Position numbers and translations under genes: made by a program
NCBI RefSeq assembly: GCF_964204645.1
Contig: NC_134030.1
Coordinates: 2,708,778 to 2,772,777, forward strand
DNA length: 64,000 nt
Direction: 5' to 3'
Origin: Tubulanus polymorphus
Taxonomy: Eukaryota; Animalia; Nemertea
Notes under the pieces: model-generated
Seen by the model: only the letters and a program-made list of their open reading frames with translations
Database searches by the model: none
What the model was told of the DNA's origin: nothing
Shown: positions 1-14,863 of the stretch, piece after piece
Layout of the letters: every line of letters begins with the position of its first letter
Position numbering within the stretch: the first letter of the stretch is position 1

Positions 1-2429
1 ATTTTTTTATTAGATAAATCCGCGGTGTAATGAGTTTTGAGGTATCTTGCACCGGCACCGAACAGCATGTTAATTAGTGCGCGTCTGACGTCACTGTATT
101 AGGTGTGGTCCGTCGTAAAAGACCGACTAATTTTCTAACTATCGGGTTTCGTTCTGGATTCTCGCGACGCGACGGGTTGAATACAAACGTTACCGATGCG
201 TTAATTAAAATCTCCAGTTTCAGTTTCTGTCAGTCCTTTTTCCCAAGCTTGAGAGGCAAATTTATACCTAGATACCTCCGGCGACTTCCCGACGATAAAA
301 CTACAGAATCTTTTCTATTCGAAACTGATGAAACCTCGCTCAATCTGGTGACGTTAAATAACGGGCTGCCGATTCCTGAAAAGTGTTATATCAGTAACAA
401 ATTGAAATTTATTCAGTAACATTTCATCGAAATATGAAAGAAATTATTCGCATTAATCAGTTATCAAGTGGGTAAGACCCTCAGTAACAGCTTTCATATT
501 TCTAAACGCATCAAACACAAAAATCGAATCAGTATTTCTAAGGGCAAAAAAGTAACAATGAACTGGAAACGAATTGAACAGTCGATCTATATTTGAATTT
601 GAATATGAAAGCAATCAATTTTTATCGAGTGTTTTTTGTTTGTTTTTGTCAATCGACTCTAAAAAAACAAATCCGCGCTTTGTGTTTTATTCCTGCGCTC
701 GTGTACAATGTACATAAATTACTTTTGCAGAGATAAACTGAAACTGAAAACAGAGAAATCAATTCCAAAAATTAAAACCACCTTCACCGCGATTATCTCC
801 CCGCGGAAGCAACGATTTCCACTGATAAGATTAAGATAGTACAGACCGAACTCTTTTATTCTCTACCGACTGGAATTTGCATCTTTATCATCAGAATCTG
901 GTCGTATACGAAATACAAATCCAACCTCGCAGATAAGACTTAAGAGTTCTCTGTCGCTGACAGCATTTAACGGCTTTGCTTACGACAGCCAAGTGTCTGG
1001 TTCTCAGATAAAATAAGACGCTCGTTGATGTTAAAGCGCGTTAGGTTTATCACGATATTAAACCTCTTGTGTAGTGAATGGTGGTTGCTTTTAGGCTTCT
1101 ATCGCGGTACGGTCTATCTAGTCAGCCGCGAAATGAGAGGGAGAGGGGGACGACTGACGACTGTTTTCTTTCATTTTGAAATCTTCCATCGATTCGAATC
1201 AAATTATTACGATCCGTTTTGATCTACGGAAAAATGACGAATTCGAAAATAATTCGATCTATTTTTCGAAAGCTCGTTCACGGTAATTCACTTCATGAAA
1301 GGAACTTAGAATCGATTCGTTTTTGTTTAAATATCAGCGACTGCGATGAAAGGCGAGACATGAAGCGAGATGAACTTCAGTTTCTCCGGATGCAGTCGGG
1401 GGAGGGGGAGGGGGTAATTGGAATATTGCAGTTGAAATGATATCCTTTCATATTCACCGAAAATCTCACGAATTCAGACATTGTTGGAAGAAATTATCTC
1501 CGCATAAAGAACGATTTCTAAAACAAAGACAAGCAATAATTTGCCACTCGTAGTTCATTGTTAATATTTTGTAAGAAACATATATCATTAAATGTAATTA
1601 TATTCTATGAAACATTCAATCAATCAATCAAACCAATTTACCGTTGTGTATCCTGTTCTGAGTTCATATTCAATGAGTTAACTCTGAGTGTGTCACAGCT
1701 GTAGAACTGCGACCTGGTTGTAAAAACGGCACGTGATCGGCCACCTATGATTGTACTCGTTCCCAGGTTTTACTGGGCACACACAGTGATGGTTGCGTCG
1801 GGTTTAATCGCTGCCAATCTTCACCCGATCGAATGAAAGGTTACTACTTGAGAAACTGCACCGTTTGACATTTCAGTTCTTTAAGATACGCCACAGCTAA
1901 CAAACAGGTCGCTGACGTCACGAGAGCGTTTCGAAGGATGAAGGTTCTCAACCCATAATTAATTCACATAGGACTGATATAATTACAGTGTTCGTCTCTG
2001 TGACATGCGCGAGGATGGATATTTCAGTAACCGAAGACAAGGCGGGTATCTGCACCAGCTCGCGCCGACTATACGATATCGTCTTTCAAGTTTTCCATTC
2101 TAATAACGTTCCTATGGTAACACAATTAAACATCTCATGAATGAGATTCACTGAAACTTTTCAGGTTTCAAACACGCGGCAATTTTGTAGACACACAGAA
2201 CGCAACGAATTTGATTATATTAGTCGCTTTGATGTCGCCATATTGAGTATTCAAAGCAGCTTTTCTGTTTATCATAGAAAATAAGCATTTTTGGAGGTGC
2301 AATGAAGTAATATAGGGTGCTAGACACGGTCACTGATAATATGAAATCCCATACCGAGAATAAAGGAAAAAGATGTCGAAAGCACTAGGAAACATTTCGC
2401 ACTCGCCATTATATATCGATGTTTATTTA

Positions 2430-2532
2430 TCATTCGTAGAATTCGAGAAATTATGGATGGATTCTACAATTGAATCTGAGAAGAAATCCGGCATCGTTGT
2501 CCGAATGCGCACAAGCGACACCTGTTGGATCC
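2430..2532. repeat. Dispersed repeat, inverted copy at ~49108-49212
   Basis: ~100 bp near-identical (GAATCTGAGAAGAAATCCGGCATCGTTGTCCGAATGCGCAC). Confidence 0.75.
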
Positions 2533-2956
2533 TCGTGAATCCTTGATTGCCACAGTAGAGTTATTATTGGTGTGAAGATTGGTTTACATGGCAACAGTGG
2601 CCACAGTTATGAAAGATGTAAACGTCAAGGAAGACTTCTTCGGAAAGTGATGCATGTTGCTACCACTCATTCTTTTGTCACCGTGCATTATCAAAACTGT
2701 TTGTTTCTGTCTGATAAATGGAGACAGATTCAATATTTATCGTATCAATTTTGAGTAAAACTAATCCACGTATATCAATCAGTGTCTACTGTAAGGATTT
2801 TACGCTACACCCCAACATTCAATACGCGATATTTCAATCGCCTTAATGAGAAAATTATTTTTGTAATAACTATAGATAGATTTCTAGTTGGTGAAGTCCC
2901 TCGTCTGAGTGCGGAGACGAAAGGTAGGCAATGATAATAAGATTGACAAGAGAGCG

Positions 2957-3530
2957 AGAGAAAGGAGGGTGACGGAGAGGGGAGAGAGGAGGGTGGCGGA
3001 GAGGGGAGAGAGGAGGGTGACGGATGGGGGAGAGAGGAGGGTGACGGAGAGGGGAGAGAGAAGGGTGACGGAGAGGGGAGAGAGGAGGGTGACGGAGAGG
3101 GGAGAGAGGAGGGTGACGGAGAGGGGGAGAGAGGAGGGTGACGGAGAGGGGGAGAGAGGAGGGTGGCGGAGAGGGGAGAGAGGAGGGTGACGGATGGGGG
3201 AGAGAGGAGGGTGACGGAGAGGGGAGAGAGAAGGGTGACGGAGAGGGGAGAGAGGAGGGTGACGGAGAGGGGGAGAGAGGAGGGTGACGGAGAGGGGGAG
3301 AGAGGAGAGTGACGGAGAGGTGAGAGAAGGGTGACGGAGAGGGGAGAGAGGAGGGTGACGGAGAGGGGAGAGAGGAGGGTGGCGGAGAGGGGAGAGAGGA
3401 GGGTGACGGAGAGGGGGAGAGAGGAGAGTGACGGAGAGGGGGAGAGAAGGGTGACGGAGAGGGGAGAGAGGAGGGTGACGGAGAGGTGAGAGAGGAGGGT
3501 GACGGAGAGGGGGAGAGAGGAGGGTGACGA
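2957..3530. repeat. G-rich minisatellite, ~22-23 bp unit GAGAGGAGGGTGACGGAGAGGG
   Basis: Direct tandem array. Confidence 0.95.
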
Positions 3531-4609
3531 GAGAAATCAGGAAATTTTCGAATCAAATTAGACATTGAGCCAGCAGTGATTCGAATACAATCTAAATCCT
3601 GTTTATCCAAGCGTCTGATATACGAGTCTAGGTTCTTACAGCCAAGTGCTCTTCCGACTTCACCGCCGCCTTGTTGACAAACACGAGTGATTTACACGAC
3701 AGATCCTCGAAGTTTGTAAATCCCCAGATTATCTTTGTTGTTATATACGGCAAGACTCTAGATGCCGGTTCCATCGTTGAGAAGTCCAAAAATGGTCTTA
3801 AATCAAAAGGTTAGTCTTAATTTGTTAGATTTGGCTTAGAACGAAGATGATCGTAGCCTGGTGTTAAAAAAGCCGTGAGTTTTGGACAGGACCTCTGCAC
3901 TGGTTGGCATGCTATGATGCAAGACCCAGCGACCATTTGACCTTAATTTTTATGATATCAGATACACATTTTATACGGGGAAAAAGTGAACGCTTCGCGT
4001 GACGAGCGAATCATGATTAATGTATCGGATTAAAGATTTAGTTGTAGCGAGAAGAAAGTTTGTGTGACGAACTGATTTACGAGGAGCGATAGTTATTTGA
4101 TGGAATGCATACGTCACATTTACAGCGTGACAATTCAACGAACGTCTCATGTACACTCGACGACCAACAGCCCTCTGATGCGCGCGCTGCCGTTAACCAA
4201 AAATTCTTTACTCGTACTCGATAAAACAGTAATTGGATACGTCGGGAGCCGGAGCGGAAAACCGGCGACTACAATCAGCGCGATAATTACAACAGTAGCC
4301 CGTGTGATTACCACAAGCGCTGATACCGCGCGCACAAACCATGAAGTCCTAACACTCTCTACATCGTCACTCGGTGAATACAGATTATTTCATTTGATAA
4401 ACCGAACTACAACAGCGGAAAAATTTAATGCGCGCCACGAATATCGATCTTCGTTTTCTCTGAATTGGGAAGCAATTTGCTTAATCGTTCGTGAAATACT
4501 AGACTAACTATATTTTTTTCCGAGTTCGAAGTCTTATTCGGCCATCTTTTTACGCTCTTGTTTTTGCCTGAACCGATCGATTGAAGGAAAAAGATCGTCG
4601 GACTTTCTT

Positions 4610-4844
4610 GTTTTTGTTTGGTGGAAAAAATGGCTGTTCTTGGAAAAAATAACTGCCACCGAATAGAGATTTCCTGGTAATGTATACTCACAGATAAAGA
4701 CACTCGTGGTCACCACCTGATGACTGGTCTCAAAGATGACAGAAAACCACCACGGCGCGCGGTGGTGTACCGGGCTCTCACCGGGGATCGAACCCGGGTC
4801 CCAAACGTAGAAAGCAAGCGTGCTAACCACGAGACCAATAGAAC
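4610..4844 (-). mobile_element. tRNA-derived SINE
   Basis: Head 4774-4844 with A box TGGTCTCGTGG and B box GGTTCGATCCC; poor acceptor/anticodon stems; A-rich end near 4610. Confidence 0.6.
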
Positions 4845-5768
4845 TAGTCTGTTTAATCAGTGGTTATACATCTTGTATCGTATGCGTTGCAGGGTTCGTT
4901 CTCTTATCAGGGCTCAATCATTGATTTTCGTGACGACTAAATCCATTTTTACCATCTTATCATTGAAGATTATCCATTATCATTTCTATTTACATAAGGG
5001 AAAAACGCAATTTTTTTATGCGTGAAGCAGAAATGTACACGAGAATACTGTACACTGCTATACGACTCGAAGTTCAATCGGATTCGCTCGAATTCTTGAT
5101 ATAATGTAATCCTTCATTGGTCCATCAGATCGATATCACGTCTTTCACGAGTAAAGGCGAACAATTCACGACGTACTCGCGAAAAATCGACAATTTCAAA
5201 TCTCTCGATAAATGCCGACGAAATGAACGATTGATTCGTGTATCATCGAAACCCGAAGTTCAACTTCGTTAATTTCGTCTGATTGCGTAGAATGCGCTAA
5301 CCGCAACTCGTCCGTCAAATACTATCAAATAACTCGACGATTCTTCCCGCTAAGAAAACGATATCGTTCTTTTCTCCGCGGAGTTGAAGATTCGATCGTA
5401 AAAGATAAAATAGCGGATTCAGACGGCAGTGTTCTGTGTATCGTCTCCCTGGGTGGGTCTGGATGACCGAGTTGCACTTCCTTTAAATTTGATGCGTTAT
5501 TGTTTGACAAGTTGTCATTTATCTTCCCATATCATATCAATTCTACTTTATATATGAATAATCTGAAACAATTGATCCGTCAATTTGTATTTGACATCGT
5601 TTATTTTATCCCGCATTACGTCGTTTGAATCTCGGTTATTTTTTATTAGATTGCTCATTTGACCTCACGACGAAACCTTTGTGATAGCAGCCACAGCAGG
5701 ACTCGAACCCTCTTTTAAACTCAGCACTGATAGCAAGTGAGTTTTTTAATATATCAGGGATGAAAACT

Positions 5769-5988
5769 GATATAGGGAATCCCACACTAATGAAACGAGA
5801 ATGGTTTTCCTCCAGGAAGGTCAATCTTCCATTCCTGAATATGACTATTAGGTCATTGTCGAAACGTTGAATATATAAATCATTAGCTTAGAGGAAACTT
5901 CACTTCGGACTTCATTTTCTCATCAGATTAGTGTGGAGATTCTTTATATCGTTACAAGACGGACTCAGAGTGTTTCAACCCTATGGTT
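5769..5988. mobile_element. Older family-A fold-back insertion with mutated hammerhead
   Basis: Hammerhead-like 5831-5872 (+) AUUC-CUGAAUA-U-GAC..GUC-GAAACGUU^GAAU (G8 mutated); arm ends GATATAGGGAATCCCACACTA / TAGTGTGGAGATTCTTTATATC; 38-nt tail; 9-bp repeat ATGAAAACT at 5760-5768 and 5989-5997. Confidence 0.7.
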
Positions 5989-8900
5989 ATGAAAACTTAA
6001 CTTACTTTTATAAGTACGACGAGGGGTTAGGGTTAGGCAGGTAGGCTGTTGTTAACCTTTCTCCTTCGAAGTGACTTTTCATCCCTGTTGTATATCGACC
6101 TAATGGACACAACATCATCACGACGCCTTATCCCACTGAGTCATTGGTATATCATTTCTAAAAGGTCATCTTTCATATTGATACAATTTCATTGTTTTCC
6201 TTCCGATAACAACGTAACGCGCAGGTGACGAGACACACCTATATACTGTATAACAAACAGTCACAGTTTCAAATATCACGCGAATACATAGAATCATCCG
6301 ACTGAAATATGATAATTAGACGAGAACAACAGGAGGTTTCTTATGACGATATTTGACGACAAGGTGCAAAATGTAAACTGTTGAGATGACTGGTGATCGT
6401 GCGTAGACTCAATATTGACAGACGCCGGTCCGAGTTATACTGGTGTCGGGGAAAATGGATGACGTCGACAAAACTGAACGACGCGACTGAGATGTCTAAT
6501 CCACGAGAGCAGAAAGTGACGAGAAACTGTCGTAAATCAATGCTTGATGATCCATTGAAATTACGAACCGTTAAAGAAATTACTGCCTACAAACAGCGTC
6601 TTCTAAATATAGAAGCAATATCTCACTTCATCGACCTGCTTGAGACCTCGAACAGCCGTGGCCGATTGGAATATTTCTTTCTTTTGAATAATAGAACCTT
6701 GTTCGATGCTGAAAAAGCCTTCTTGTTAGATAGAGCTATCTATCGACTATCGACTATCAAAAATCATCCGAACATTCAGTTCTTAGAAGAGTTTTTTTTT
6801 CGCTGTAGAAAGCATCGTGACCTTTCTGATGTGGTGTCCAGTATGCTTTCCTGATTATCAACACGTCACAAAGAGTACCCACTGTATAAAGAGGCACCTT
6901 TCTAGTTATCTTGATGATTTAGTATAATAATAACTTCCATCATTATTCATATATCACATATACACGATTGCTAATAGAGTCATATAAACCGCATTCATAT
7001 ATGTAAATATCAGTATTAACCATAAACCACATTTCTGTCGAGATATTCTTCAATAACTTGCACTGCATTCACCAAGCACTGGCAGTGGTTGTCTCCACCA
7101 GTGATCTCCGTCGCTCTACGATCCTTCAGACACTAAGATTCTTGGTGAAGCACTGCGCAATGATGGTCATATTGCGTTGTGTAAAAGAAGGAGACGCGCG
7201 GAGACGTTTCGGAAGAAGCCATGGATACAATTCGACCGATTGCAAACGATACTGATTGTGTTTGGACTAGCAAACTTAAATATGATGTAAAGATCATAGA
7301 ACTGTGGAAAAACAAACAAATATGGCGATGCATATGTCTCATAGCACCCCGGGGAGAACCGGTCAATCCGATAGATATTTGTCTATATAAATCTGCAGAA
7401 AAATCCAGACATCCAGACAAATATAAGCGCGGTCCCTTATGCCCAATTGGCTGAAGAGATTTGACTGTTACGGATGTATTATACTGGATAAATCAAATAC
7501 AAAATTTCATCGATGTTTGAAATCAATAAACATAGGCTTCGATCTCACGACGTTGGGTTGTATCTTCGGTTGAGTGTTTTTTGGAACGATTCGTTAGAAA
7601 GAGGACAGGCCGACAACGAGTTGATAGCATCAAAAGCGAAGCGTCGTCGTTTGTAGCTTGTCGATCAGTACTGATGTGGACGTCATCTCTCGTGTCTGAT
7701 CGGTCTATAGTCTGTCCTGAACAGCGACAGGTGTTGTTTTTTTATTACTGCGTGTGAAGAGTAACATGTGTCAACATCAGCGCGTCTGCCGCTTGTGATA
7801 TCGATAATATTTACATTCAGCGCAGACCTCGCGACGGCCACTTCTATTACTTATCGCTGCTCCGTGTAATCCGATATTCGCGTTTCCCGCGCACATACGA
7901 TCGTGTTTATCACCGCATCTTTACTGATTTAATCAAATTACAGAAATCTTTTTCCGTGTCACAGAGAAACCATAACGACGATATAACAATATATTACCAT
8001 AGAAAACTCACTTTAAGCCAAGAAAACATTTCTGAATTGAACATGAGCTATTAGAATACTGTATAATTATCATGCAGTATGTTATTTCCTGTGCCTGTGG
8101 AAATCATGTCGGATCTCAGGAACTTGGGCAACCTGTGACCGTGGAGACCACTCGGTCCTCTGACGTCCTGTACCCGATATTCGAACTGTAGGGAACTGTG
8201 TAGTTTAAAGAGAAAATGTAAACTAATGAGATATATGTATATCGGTGGAAATGTTCAATTAGATACTTCTAAGAACGACTGAAGTAGTCGAATGAAACAC
8301 TCTAATCCGTGTATACTGTAGACAATTATATTGAAATTGTATAACTGTATCATTACAATAATTATATTGATAATTGATTAATTATTATAATGAAACCACA
8401 ACGTTGTGGTTTCATTATGATAAATTCTATCATATAAATTCGAATTGTGAGACTTCTTCAATTATTAATAACTGAAATAGTTTGATTCAAAAAGTAAATT
8501 ATTTTTTTGGGCAACGGGTCATCTTCATCAAGACCATTGACTGGCCGAAATATTTCTACTTTTGAATTAGATAATTTGATCATTTGATCATTGAGGGTTC
8601 TTTTTCGTGTATCGACTATAGAGTAACAAATCTTTTTTTTCTTAATCTGCGGCATCTCGGTCGTCGCAATTTCTAACATGAGTAAAACGCCCATAAAAAA
8701 AACTAAAAATTAATTTCAGCGCGAAGTGGAGGATATTTCTGTTCGATAATCACCAGACACATTTTGTCTGGTTTCGAGTAGCGGATTATGGATTATAATC
8801 GATTAAAAATACAAACCTAGAGGCCAAAACAAATTACTGATATCATTTATTCATCGCTGCGGAAAAAGTAGAAGTAACAGGTGCGCAAACAATATTAGCT

Positions 8901-11900
8901 CCCGCTGGTTGTTTATAGAATAGAATAATTTGACGATTTGACGACAAAAGAATTACGGAAAAACGAAAAAAGGGAGAATATCGCGTTTGAATGAATGTGT
9001 AACTCACGGATCCAACGAGCAATCTTCTCATCGACATGATAGCTCGTAGATGTGATCAGTGAATTTCAATATAACTAATAAAACGTCGTTCATTTCTTAT
9101 ATCATTTTACTTTCACATCATAGTTTTCCAATCAGTTAAGACCTACGGGCTGATATCAAAGGGGACTAATTTTTGCTATATGTTCACGAACATTGTGTTT
9201 TCCATCATTCATAGTTCCAACGTTATGATATTTGTAATACTCTAAAGATGTGACGTTCACCAAGCACGTCATCATTACGTACACTTAAACCTGTCATTTT
9301 CATGTATTGTTTTCTTTTTTCGTATTAATCCGTTCTCTGCAAATGTCGTTTGTTGAGCAATATACTTTGAAACTTGCCGGGTCTGATCCGTGCCAATTTG
9401 GCCCGGGCCAAATCTTGTACGTGTAATTACTTAACAAATCGATCGTGATTAGTTTTATCATAGTTTTTTTTATCACGGAAAACACACTCAGTTTCAGTTT
9501 CAGTTTATTGCTCCACAATTAATACTTAATGCACAAAGCAAACTAGAGTCCATGATTTTATGATACTGGACCCTGAACCGTTCTCTGTCATTCGACAGAC
9601 AATCCCTGCACGGTCGATCAAACACACCGATAAATAGACATATAACTGCAGCTGCTTGTACCGACACTGTCGTTTGCTGGTACATGTATCCATTAAATCA
9701 AACGTCTAATCGTGTTCTATTCTCTCAAACGGAAACCAAACATCGTTCCATGAATAGAAACGTTTTTAGAATCGGAAAATAATTCTTCGCGTCATTTGTC
9801 AAAGGTAACGCCGATAAAAACCGGATGTTTCAACCTGTACTTCCGCTTATTAAAAACATGACCGACATTAGAGGTAGACTCACAGACTCGGGTAGTACTT
9901 CATAAACCACTCACAGTAGGTTATAATGAGGAAGTTATAAAGTTAATTTTGAATAGATTGAACTGAGAAACTCTCAGTATTCGAGTAGTCTGCGATGGTT
10001 GTTATTGGGATATTTCATCGAGTTCAGAATCCGAAAACTGTAGACACAGTTTTCATTTTCCAAATCAATGATAGCAAAATGTAACTATAGTTCGGAAGGG
10101 TTTCGAGTAAGAAAGAGTCTCTGCTTGATATCGACGGGACATCAGCCTAACAAAGAAATAGATGTCGACATTCCAACGATCTATACAAAATCGTGCAACA
10201 AAATTTGTTTTGAAATCACCAATATTCAAAACGCGTTTTTCAACAGCTAGTTATATATTGTGTAACCAATCCTTTTTAGTTATGTCACCATCAGGCACCA
10301 GATGGTGCTGAGATTTTTAGGTGCGTAGGTGTTGCCATTAAGGGTCTCGATTTTACGGCAATCCATAAATTGATATCCTTTCGGAAATAATTCACAGAAC
10401 TGTCGTTTTATTTTCAATTTGCCGGAACATTTTCCATTATTTCAATGCACATAATGCTATCATTTATTATAAGTTCAGCTGTGGTTCATTCGCATTAACC
10501 GCATTCGTAAACGGTTAAATTTAATCGGTCCACGAATCCGTATTAGCCGCTATATTACCGTAAATATAACATGAAGTGTATATCGATGAGAAAATTAACT
10601 AGTATAATACATCAAATAGAAAACGCCGAGGACGGACCTTGTATAATCGTATTAAGTCTATGTATAACGCGTCGTGAGAGTTGCCGCACGTCGTTACGAG
10701 GATTACGTGTAAAGTTTCCCCGAGGCGATTTCAGCGGATTATAATTTGCAATTCTCTCGGCGACGAATAACGAGAAACCCTCGATCCGCCGCCCCCTCGC
10801 GAATACGCGTTCTGGAGATTTAAATCGAAAATTAAAATGATGAAAATTCCCATCTTTTTTGGAAAAAAAATGACGACGAGTCGACTGGCGGTAACTGTCG
10901 ACGCTGATCAGTCAGTCAGTCGGTAGAACTCTATAGGACAGGGGCTTGTATTTTGTTTTATTAGAATACACCGTTAAGCAGCGGGGTCGGTTGTCGTGAC
11001 TAGTCCTTCTCAGTTCTATAACAATCTACCATCTTTAGTATTCACGTTTCGACTAAGGAACCGGCTGTTTGCTATAACGCCCTGCATGCACAGTGTCATC
11101 GCCCGGAATGCTCCGATCAGTTACAGTCCAGTGGGAGACGACTGAATTCACTCAGTTGTTTCAAACAATTTAATATGCGATATTGCCGCTACATAATAAA
11201 CCCATGGGTAGCATCATTAAAGGAAAATATATGCGTAAAGCGGAAGGAAACCCGGACGAATTGATACAAGAGGGACGTGTATAACGGATTCCAGACATCG
11301 CGAACAACCAACAAAAAACTACGCTGGTTTCCACGAGAATCCAGGCACGCTACAATGAATTACATCAGGTCCAAGCTCACCAACACACACAATCGTGTAA
11401 CAATTTGAAATCTTATTGATAAAAAAAACGTAGACATGGTTGAAACAAACAACCGCTGATTAAAATTCGCCGATGAAATTCTCCTAGTCGTCTGTTGTCA
11501 CAAGCTTAATTAGACAAGGCGTAAACCGGAATATGACAATCTCTGCTCGTTCGACGAAACATTTAATGAGAGAAATTCAAAAATGAGGAATTAATATGGT
11601 CTACATGCGTCATTAAGTAGCAGAAAACGTCATCATCCACTCGCTGAATTTGTCACTATAAAACTGGGTACGCTCTTATCGAAAAGTATCAACAACCCGA
11701 TAATGAATGGAACTCGTTGACGTGACGTTAATGAAGCGCGCGACGTATAAAGAATCTCTATTGTCAAATATCAAATATAAGTTCTCACATTATAACAAAT
11801 CGATATGAGCGTCAATATTTGCACCCAAGAATATTTGTATCTCACGAACTGATTCTAAAAGAATGTCGGTGTGTCTACGGTGCAGAATCATCGATCTGAA

Positions 11901-12137
11901 TCGATTTCAAAAACAGTTTGATGAAGATTGTAATGAATGAAATTGGGTTGGTTGATTTCCCATCATTGCAGTAACCGGTCCCGCAGTTGTTATAGAGTTT
12001 GGTGGAGAGTGAAATCTTGTCGATGTCTACAACTAGGAAGGACGAGTGATGTTGATTTGTTAAATTATTCAGTTATTCATTTCCACAATTGTTATCACCC
12101 ATCACCCGACCGCGCATATTTCGAGGTGGAGTGCAGA

Positions 12138-12308
12138 TAGGGAGGGAAGGTGGTAGGGAGGGTGGTAGGGAGGGTGGTAGGGAGGGATGGAGGGAGGGTG
12201 GTAGGGAGGGATGGAGGGAGGGTGGTAGGGAGGGATGGATGGAGGGAGGGTGGTAGGGAGGGATGGAGGGAGGTAGGGAGGGAGGTAGGGTGTAGGGAGG
12301 GAGGGAGG
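12138..12308. repeat. G-rich tandem repeat (GGTAGGGAGGGT-based)
   Basis: Direct observation. Confidence 0.9.
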
Positions 12309-14598
12309 TCAGGCCCATAGCGCGGGAGTTCAAACGAACCCATATAAATGTAGTTCCCTATCGTTTTTCTTCAAAATCAATCAACAAGGCGAAACGTATT
12401 TTGCATACAACAAATTCAATCTGTTAAATCAACAACAAATCAAATGATTGAATTCGGTTGATTTATTTAGATTTTTGTTATATCGACGGAGCATCGAATT
12501 TTCTCAAAGTTTTTTTCAAATTTTCAAACGGGGCACCCAGACCGATGCTCAGTTCCAACAAAATCAAAAACGAAACCCATCCACATTTTCCTCACGTAAC
12601 GGGCCTAGAGGCAGGATGGTAGGAAGGTAGGGAGAGATGATGGGTCTTTACTGATCTCCGTTTGGGTCAGGCCTTTGGTGTTTCATCACCTGTATTTCAC
12701 TGATCTGGTATAGGCCTACTCGGTGGCATGTATGCCTGATCGAATACAGCGACTCGATGAACGGATTTACAGCGTGAACTTTAATTAAGATCGCTGTCAA
12801 ATGTTACTGTTAAGTTGTTTAGGTCGTCATCGATCACGTATCTATGTCAACTCCAGGTGGAATCGATCAGTATCTAACTCCTTGCGGCAGTGGAGGGGGG
12901 GGGGGGGGTGACGTGACACCGCGTTGACGTTCAGTTTGTTATTTATCGGTTTTTAAATAGCTTCCGATGATAGACTTCGATCTGGACAAATTCTATAATA
13001 CGGTTTGGTGATAATAAACGCCTGGTCTCAGACGAGAAACGATTACTGACGTCGACGACAATTTGACTGATCGAATATTCGATTGTTTGCGCTCGGGATC
13101 TCCAGTGTGTCAGTGGGTTTCACAGATATCACCGTGGATGTTGCGGAAGAACTCCTCCGGCGGGAAAGAAAAGGCCGGACGTGTCGCGGGTGTAATACGA
13201 CACAGACGGCGCGGGGACAGATCGCGCCGGATGATCGATGCGTCTGAGATGACTTGAATAAACAAATAGAAACCAGTCATTTCATTCAGATAAACATCGT
13301 TTTGCGCGTTAGTATATCTATCTATCTCCCTGGCTCTGACATGCGGCACTTTGCACCGGTAAAACCGTCAGCTGAAAGACGCCGAAGTTGTCATACGATA
13401 GCAACATTAAGTATTTTATGATTAGTTATTCGAGGATTAATTTGGTATTCGAAACTGCAGGCGATGATATGGATTTGAAGGTTTAAAAATGACGACGAAA
13501 TACGACATTTTCGAGAACACGGGCTTTTTAGCCTCTCATTTTCATTTTTGAAGCAGTAAAAACCGTTACGATGACGTTTTATACACTGATACCTATGCGT
13601 TATTCAAGGGGTTCTGTGTGAGTCGATGTGCACTACGTCATCAATATTGGCGTTTCAAAATAACAATTACAATCGTGAATTTGCATTATTACTCTTATTA
13701 TACTTTTGACAAATTTTAATAATTATCATCGAGAGACACAGATCATATCAGGGCTAGACTGGTTGCCGGTTAATTGAATTCAACAAACCCAATACACAAC
13801 TAGATCGATCTTTAAAATCATACATCTTATCATACTATTCATCGTCGACAATATTAACCACTATATGTGCTATTTGTCAAGGCGTGAATGAGTTCTCAAG
13901 TTAGTATTCCCGCTGTACGATGAAACGGCCAAAAACGGGAATAAAGCAGATCTGGTTTTAATGCATCCACTCCTCTCGGAGTACTCCCGTGTTCGATCAT
14001 TCAAACCTTAATTCAACATCGATTGCTAAATCGTGCTCGTTCACGACGTGGTGTAATATTCACTTTCAAGACGATTATGGATGTATAATCGCGTCTTGTC
14101 GATAATCGTTTATCTCATTGCGAAGTGTTAAATAATGCAAAACCTGCCGTGCAGCTCGGTAAACAACCCAAACAAAGTCAACAACACAACATCGTCTGCC
14201 GCGCCCGCGCTGTCGATACTCGAGTCGTTCACTGTCTGGTCGTCGTGAAATTAGAAATATGAATACATAGACTGTGGCATTTCGTGAAGGGTCATCGGTT
14301 TTTCTAACGAGGGCTGATTCCGCCGCCATTTTCTACCAGTCAAGAGGTTATAACGTCATCAAACGTAAGCGAATGAACGACGATGAGAGAGTTAAGGAGG
14401 TGGTTCGTTCATTTATCTTAAAAAAAGCTTCTATTCGATGATGAACGATCTGCCAAAACGGATTCGTCGCGCGACACCTCAGCGGTCTGTGCTGTGTAGG
14501 TCTAATCGTTTCATTAGTGGTAATCCAGGCTCGCGCCCAGTAACGGAACACGCACTACCAGAATCAACGACCTATATCGCCAATAATACTCGATGATG

Positions 14599-14863
14599 GA
14601 ACGATGACCACACTCAAACGTGGTGAACGGATAATAAGATAAAATCCCACTATTTACAGATTAAAAGAATTTAAAAACCAGAATTTATTTATTAAATCTA
14701 AAATATTTAAAAGACACGACGTTTCGATCTCACCCTAGAGTCCCACACCTGACGATGATCTCTAGGGTGAGATCGAAACGTCGTGTCATTTAAATATTTT
14801 AGATTTAATAAATAAATTCTGGTTTTTAAATTCTTTTTATCTGTAAATAGTGGGATTTTATCT
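14599..14863. mobile_element. Penelope-like fold-back insertion (family B) carrying a hammerhead motif
   Basis: Arms 14635-14740 / 14760-14865 (106 bp, 2 mismatches); 36-nt tail 14599-14634; 15-bp direct repeat TAATACTCGATGATG at 14584-14598 and 14864-14878. Confidence 0.85.
14745..14786 (+). ncRNA. Minimal type I hammerhead ribozyme motif
   Basis: ACAC-CUGACGA-U-GAUCUC(uagggu)GAGAUC-GAAA-CG-UC^GUGU; 4-bp stem I, 6-bp stem II, GUC cleavage triplet. Confidence 0.85.

Noticed and set aside
2870-3610. 246-aa Pro/Ser-rich ORF
   Set aside because: Translation of a minisatellite
4774-4844. Functional tRNA gene
   Set aside because: Acceptor and anticodon stems pair poorly; called a SINE head instead
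6393-6854. 153-aa plus-strand ORF
   Set aside because: GTG start, no recognisable motif or splice structure
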